64,000 bases of DNA from Phoronis australis. Its lineage: Eukaryota > Animalia > Phoronida. Positions 49,401 to 64,000 of the stretch are shown piece after piece. A program made the position numbers and the translations under genes. Location: positions 211,353 through 275,352 of the forward strand of contig NMRA01000264.1 in assembly GCA_002633005.1 (NCBI GenBank), given 5' to 3'. Position 1 is the first letter of the stretch. Every line of letters starts with the position of its first letter. The notes under the pieces were generated by a model. The model worked only from the letters and a program-made list of their open reading frames with translations. It was not told the DNA's origin and did not search any database.

Positions 49401-51884
49401 GGTACCCACAGAAAATATTTTTAAAAAATTATGAGTATTCACAACAATGTAAGAAACCCTTGAAAATGAAAAAAGTGCAATTTTGGCAATCATCTTTGTC
49501 GCAAATTGGTGCAATTTTACCATTTAACCTGAATTATACCCAGACTACAGTAGGGCAGGACATAATATTGTGTCCCAGATTAAAGCCTAACTTCAGTGGA
49601 ATTTTGTTACTTCAGATGTATTAGGCTAACCAGATAGTCCTAGCAAAGCTTTAGTAAAATAAGAAAATGCGAGTTCAACCACCCAAGTGTAAGCCCGTCA
49701 AATGATAAGTGAAGCTGCCTTTTGGTGCCATGTTGCGTCACCGCGAGATCCCAGCACAAACAACAAGGTTGTATTGAATAGAGGTCTGAATAGAACACCA
49801 TTGTGTGTGGGTGTTATTCACAGCTGTTTGAATTAAAAGGTGATTCTTGTGGTGACGTAGACAAAAGCGAGCTAATATGCCTAACAGTTCGTTGCATTTG
49901 GCAATTTATGGCACTAGTGGGTTCAGAGCGAACATACTGAAGGAACCAATTTTACATGTGTTACTGCTGAAGATAGGCTTTAAAGCTGTATATGCAAAAC
50001 TGCACTTTTACAAGGCTATCCCCATCCCCGAAGAATGCTAATTGCAATAATTATTAGGTCAAAGTCATTCATTCATTCATTCATTCATTCATTCATTCAT
50101 CAAGACTGGGTCCACCTAAAGTGAGTTATGGATAAGGGCCCTATTGTAAAATGAACAATAATTGCCAAATCGTAAAGCTCAAGTTCAAAAGTGAGAACAA
50201 TTTGTTACTCCAACAACAGACTAAAACTTTACAAACAAATTTATAAATACCATAATATAAGCAGAATTTAACAGCAAGAAATCATGCCTCAGTCCATTGT
50301 AAACCAATCCATGAACTCAGTTCGGGTACAGCTGTGTAAATGACAAGAAGCTAATGTGAAGAGTATCTCAGTTTACCATTGTGTCATGTGATCCCTTAAA
50401 TACCTCTGAGAACTGTTTGTCAGCAGGCAATTACTCTACAATACCATTATTCTAAGCTCGATTGGGCCAGACCCAAGAACGACACACCGGAGGCCCGGGT
50501 AGTAGTGCATACTTAACCAACACTTAACTGCATATTTTTTCATAGTGCTAAGTTGTATTATGAAATTGTAAAATCTAAAGTCAAAAAGTATATTTAAGCA
50601 CTTGGAATTGCTGCAAATAAGCAGTTGGAAAGATCTGTAACACAAGACAAGACATGGTTTAAAGACCATCAGAATAGCGCTATGTAAAGTTAGCATAGTC
50701 TTGCAGTTACTTGTCGCAGAACCGTCCATTAAAAAGGGTGAAAGGTTTGGATCCAAGTTTAGAGTATATAATAAGAGCACTGGTCGGATATATCAGTACC
50801 TGATTTTGAGAACCAAGAAATCACTGAATAACGGGCCTGTTATTCAGTGGATGAAACCAGTGTCTATATTAAGTTCTGTTTCTGAATTTTTGGTAGAAGT
50901 TATAGTCTTTATTCTGGTTAAACACCACTGTTTTGATGTACGGAGAGAACTTGCCATTTTACAGTCTAGTTACTTTAAGTGAGACTCCAAGTTTTTGTGG
51001 AATACTTGGTACTAACTTACCTTGTAATAGTCGGATAAGTGGATCCTTGACTTAAAATTGATTTGAGAATCAGTTACATCCGAGTACTACCACTTACGTA
51101 AGGTGACAAAGGTTTGTGTTTATCCCCACAGCGGCTGCTACTTTGCCAATTGTCTAACATTGCCAGTACAGATATCCACATTAAAGAGCAAAAAGACATT
51201 TATTTAAAAAGGACAAGACTGAAGCATCAGTTGTAAACTATACAAGCGACGCTCACACTTCCATTCCCACAATAACACTGCGCAGCACCATCTGGTGGAC
51301 TAGTCATTATGATTAGAACTTTTTTTAACATACCTGTCACTGAAATTCCTCTTCCACCAGTCAGCTGCATCACTTTTTGTAATTCTAAAATTATCTCCAG
51401 CGAAAAGGCCATTGGGAAATATGGCTTTTAACTCGGCCAACATGTGGGAAAATACTAGTGACAGTTTGGTTAAATTTCTCCTGTAATGAGAGTTCTCGTC
51501 GAACACCTTTTCTTTTCCGTCCTTAAAAAGTTTTATTGTTTTCTTACACTTGTTAATCAAATTTTCAATAAAGACTCTAAAATAGTCACACTCGTCCAAC
51601 TGTTGAACTCTATCTTCGTATTTTGTACTTATAAGTCTCAAATGTTGATAAGTATCCGGTAAAATGTCCAGAATAAACGGGGGCGAATTTTTCAAGTTCA
51701 TCTTTGGGTGCTGGCACAGCTTCACAACTTTGTCCATCAACTTCCATGATTTTTCTAAAGTTTTCTTGTCCACAACAAGTTTGGGAGGTGCCACTGCTTC
51801 AGCAAAAGCTCCTTGTATTCTAGCCCAAATCCCTCCAAAGTTCGCTGGTGGTGTACTCCTGCTGTTGTTGCGCGTCGCAGCCAT
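13266..51884 (-). CDS. CBL: E3 ubiquitin-protein ligase CBL/CBL-B-like, ~710 aa; complement(join(13266..13506,15709..15805,16468..16593,17858..17976,18994..19139,21731..21796,23351..23500,26852..27071,28690..28827,30030..30161,35259..35405,51334..51884))
   Basis: TKB ([66 protein letters not shown]), linker ([16 protein letters not shown]), C3HC4 RING, Pro-rich region, C-terminal UBA; exon lengths sum to 2133 nt = 711 codons with consistent phases. Confidence 0.95.
15054..15229. repeat. 25-bp minisatellite (gtagagacaggtgaacactgccgcg)n
   Basis: About 7 near-identical tandem copies. Confidence 0.92.
15385..15472. repeat. 22-bp tandem repeat (gaatttcccagacattttccat)n
   Basis: About 4 decaying copies. 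Confidence 0.75.
15709..15805 (-). CDS. CBL: CBL exon 11 (YDxP motif)
   Basis: tttcag| [32 protein letters not shown] gg|gtaagg. Confidence 0.83.
16468..16593 (-). CDS. CBL: CBL exon 10 (126 nt, phase 1/1, possible cassette)
   Basis: ttacag| [42 protein letters not shown] g|gtaaac. Confidence 0.7.
17001..17173. repeat. 20-bp (gtgcactgtattcactctga)x4 and 15-bp (aaacaacagtacatt)x3 tandem repeats
   Basis: Direct inspection. Confidence 0.85.
17858..17976 (-). CDS. CBL: CBL exon 9
   Basis: ctttag| [40 protein letters not shown] g|gtatgt. Confidence 0.8.
18994..19139 (-). CDS. CBL: CBL exon 8 (Pro-rich)
   Basis: aaacag| [36 protein letters not shown] ag|gtaagt. Confidence 0.87.
19555..19830. 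repeat. C-rich low-complexity repeat flanking a 195-nt assembly gap
   Basis: accctctccctccccc units on both sides of the N run 19610-19804. Confidence 0.7.
21731..21796 (-). CDS. CBL: CBL exon 7 (66 nt, phase 0/0, possible cassette)
   Basis: ctctctctctgttctag| [22 protein letters not shown] |gtacag; strong pyrimidine tract, open frame. Confidence 0.68.
22084..22374. mobile_element. Putative old MITE with C(A)GGGGGTACTC-type termini
   Basis: ccagggggtactc ... ggagcacccctg imperfect inverted termini. Confidence 0.35.
22383..22420. repeat. (AG)n microsatellite
   Basis: About 19 AG units. Confidence 0.95.
23351..23500 (-). CDS. CBL: CBL exon 6 (C-half of RING + acidic stretch), GC donor
   Basis: ttttag| [40 protein letters not shown] |gcacgt; the 3' boundary relies on a GC donor. 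Confidence 0.88.
24197..24245 (-). mobile_element. Helentron/HINE-type 3' terminus
   Basis: On - strand: cgggcagagtcc + hairpin ttattgtcac-gcc-gtgacaataa + gctttctagtt, the same architecture as the HINE 3' ends at 3220 and 7395; the other end was not found (possibly in the gap). Confidence 0.55.
25279..25715 (+). CDS. Ubiquitin-specific protease (peptidase C19) catalytic domain, C-terminal half; 5' end lost in the N gap; nested antisense in CBL intron 5
   Basis: Frame is open from the gap edge to TAA; finger [15 protein letters not shown], His box [30 protein letters not shown]. Confidence 0.8.
26852..27071 (-). CDS. CBL: CBL exon 5 (linker helix + N-half of RING)
   Basis: ctttag| [57 protein letters not shown] |gtaaga. 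Confidence 0.96.
28195..28480. mobile_element. Degenerate Tc1/mariner-like MITE
   Basis: aaattctctaatttgggac at left vs gtcccaaactgaagaatttaaacagta at right; internal tgggaca repeats. Confidence 0.35.
28690..28827 (-). CDS. CBL: CBL exon 4 (SH2-like)
   Basis: tttcag| [46 protein letters not shown] tt|gtaagt. Confidence 0.96.
29020..29437 (-). mobile_element. Truncated, diverged HINE family copy
   Basis: - strand begins ttttcatgcgcccacatatacattgtatgtg, the same 5' end as the 1952 and 6522 copies; left boundary approximate. Confidence 0.5.
30030..30161 (-). CDS. CBL: CBL exon 3 (SH2-like)
   Basis: ctccag| [39 protein letters not shown] ag|gtgggt. Confidence 0.96.
30584..31392. repeat. 23-bp minisatellite (cagtgagtttggagtgcactca[c/g])n, ~35 copies
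   Basis: Head-to-tail tandem units without spacers; internal palindrome gagtgcactc. Confidence 0.95.
31739..32014. mobile_element. PIF/Harbinger-like MITE
   Basis: TIR gggcctatttcatgaaaagagac / gtcacttttcgtgaaacggaccc; 3-bp TSD CAG on both sides. Confidence 0.72.
34890..35170. repeat. ~17-20-bp degenerate minisatellite (catgtcacccttctaca)n
   Basis: About 14 variant copies just downstream of the CBL exon 2 donor. Confidence 0.88.
35259..35405 (-). CDS. CBL: CBL exon 2 (EF-hand of TKB)
   Basis: tttcag| [22 protein letters not shown] ag|gtaagc. Confidence 0.96.
38528..40355. mobile_element. Non-autonomous Tc1/mariner-superfamily element (1.8 kb)
   Basis: Perfect 24-bp TIR ccgtaaacgttcgggttaacgccc, TA on both flanks, subterminal ttaa[c/g]cgccca arrays; no transposase ORF. 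Confidence 0.9.
41470..41710. repeat. 16-bp minisatellite (ggtcaaacca[c/a]agag[c/t])n
   Basis: About 15 tandem copies. Confidence 0.92.
42713..42790. repeat. ~40-bp direct duplication
   Basis: gaagtcaccacagtgact(ta)agtgtttgcttgacatgtt twice. Confidence 0.8.
43184..43397. repeat. 37-bp minisatellite with hairpin core tgacatggccgtgtca
   Basis: About 6 tandem copies. Confidence 0.88.
43631..44251. mobile_element. Putative non-autonomous TTAA-targeting element (Kolobok-like)
   Basis: ttaa|agtaagac ... gtctgacc|ttaa imperfect TIR with TTAA on both sides. Confidence 0.45.
50065..50101. repeat. (CATT)n microsatellite
   Basis: About 9 units. Confidence 0.93.
51334..51884 (-). CDS. CBL: CBL coding exon 1 (four-helix bundle of TKB)
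   Basis: [36 protein letters not shown] ag|gtatgt. Confidence 0.96.
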
Positions 51885-52570
51885 CTTGAGAGTGCTAGCT
51901 TCCTGGTTGGGTTGGTCTGTTATGCACTATTTTAAAATTTTACACTGAATGACGGCGGGGAACTTTGTCTCCACGAGATAAGAGACCCGTGTTTCAGGGC
52001 TGAAAAAACACCGTTCAAGTAAAAAATTGGTGTTAATTAAATAGAAAACACAAAATTATTAATAAGAAATTTCAGCTTAAACATAAAACGTTTTCTAATT
52101 TAAATCCATTTCGCAAAGGCGGACGAGTCGGAGATTCTTCTCGTTTTAAGCTAGGAACCGTATTGGTTCCTAGTTTTAAGATAGGACAAATCTTCAAAAT
52201 ATCGCGTATTAGAGAACGACTTTATGCCCTGTTCATGGCCATGGACAAAATATACAGAATCTGTGTGGAACACTTGCAGTTAAACGTTAAAATAGATTAT
52301 TTACCAGACAGCAAACGATTTATTAGAAAATATCACTTGTCTTGACAACTCCTTGTACCTTTAAGTCGGAAAAGGATTTCTTAGCCGATCGCTCATGAAT
52401 CAAGTTTGAAGTCTTGAACCAAGACGTTTTGAATTACTATTTACAAACATATCTAAACAATTTACTGAATTACAAGGTAACTTTGTACATGTAAAGAATT
52501 GTGTGACCAACAAATTTTGTACTTAATTTTACGGCAATTGACACCTTACGGCTATACACGTCAAAGCAAT
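51885..52570. promoter_or_regulatory. Probable bidirectional promoter / 5' UTR region between CBL and TBC1D23
   Basis: Divergent start codons only 686 nt apart; YY1-like CAAGATGGC overlaps the CBL ATG; possible CBL 5'-UTR acceptor (ttttttcag, - strand) near 52000. Confidence 0.6.

Positions 52571-64000
<11,430 letters not shown>

Overview
Animal genomic DNA (intron-rich, invertebrate-like repeat content; two assembly gaps at 19610-19804 and 24510-25278). It holds three spliced genes whose exons I reconstructed by hand with phase-consistent junctions. AAR2 (+) contributes its 3' part: 3 exons, stop at 9000. CBL E3 ubiquitin ligase (-) is complete: 12 coding exons, 51884->13266, about 710 aa, TKB-RING-Pro-rich-UBA. 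TBC1D23 (+) contributes its 5' part: 10 exons from 52571 off the window end, head-to-head with CBL. Introns are full of DNA-transposon derivatives, a solo LTR and minisatellites. The most notable observations: (1) an uninterrupted USP/C19 deubiquitinase ORF nested antisense in the intron that splits the CBL RING finger, near a Helentron-type end; (2) a solo LTR carrying a cluster of heat-shock elements and a TATA box pointing antisense into TBC1D23; (3) a 5.2-kb CAGGG element with a 5-bp TSD carrying convergent THAP and P2X7-ballast-like (KolX-like) relics; (4) degenerate tandem copies of the CBL exon-5 splice acceptor; (5) GC-AG introns, one placed where read-through would give a short CblS-like isoform. 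Family assignments come from motif recognition only; no database searches were run.
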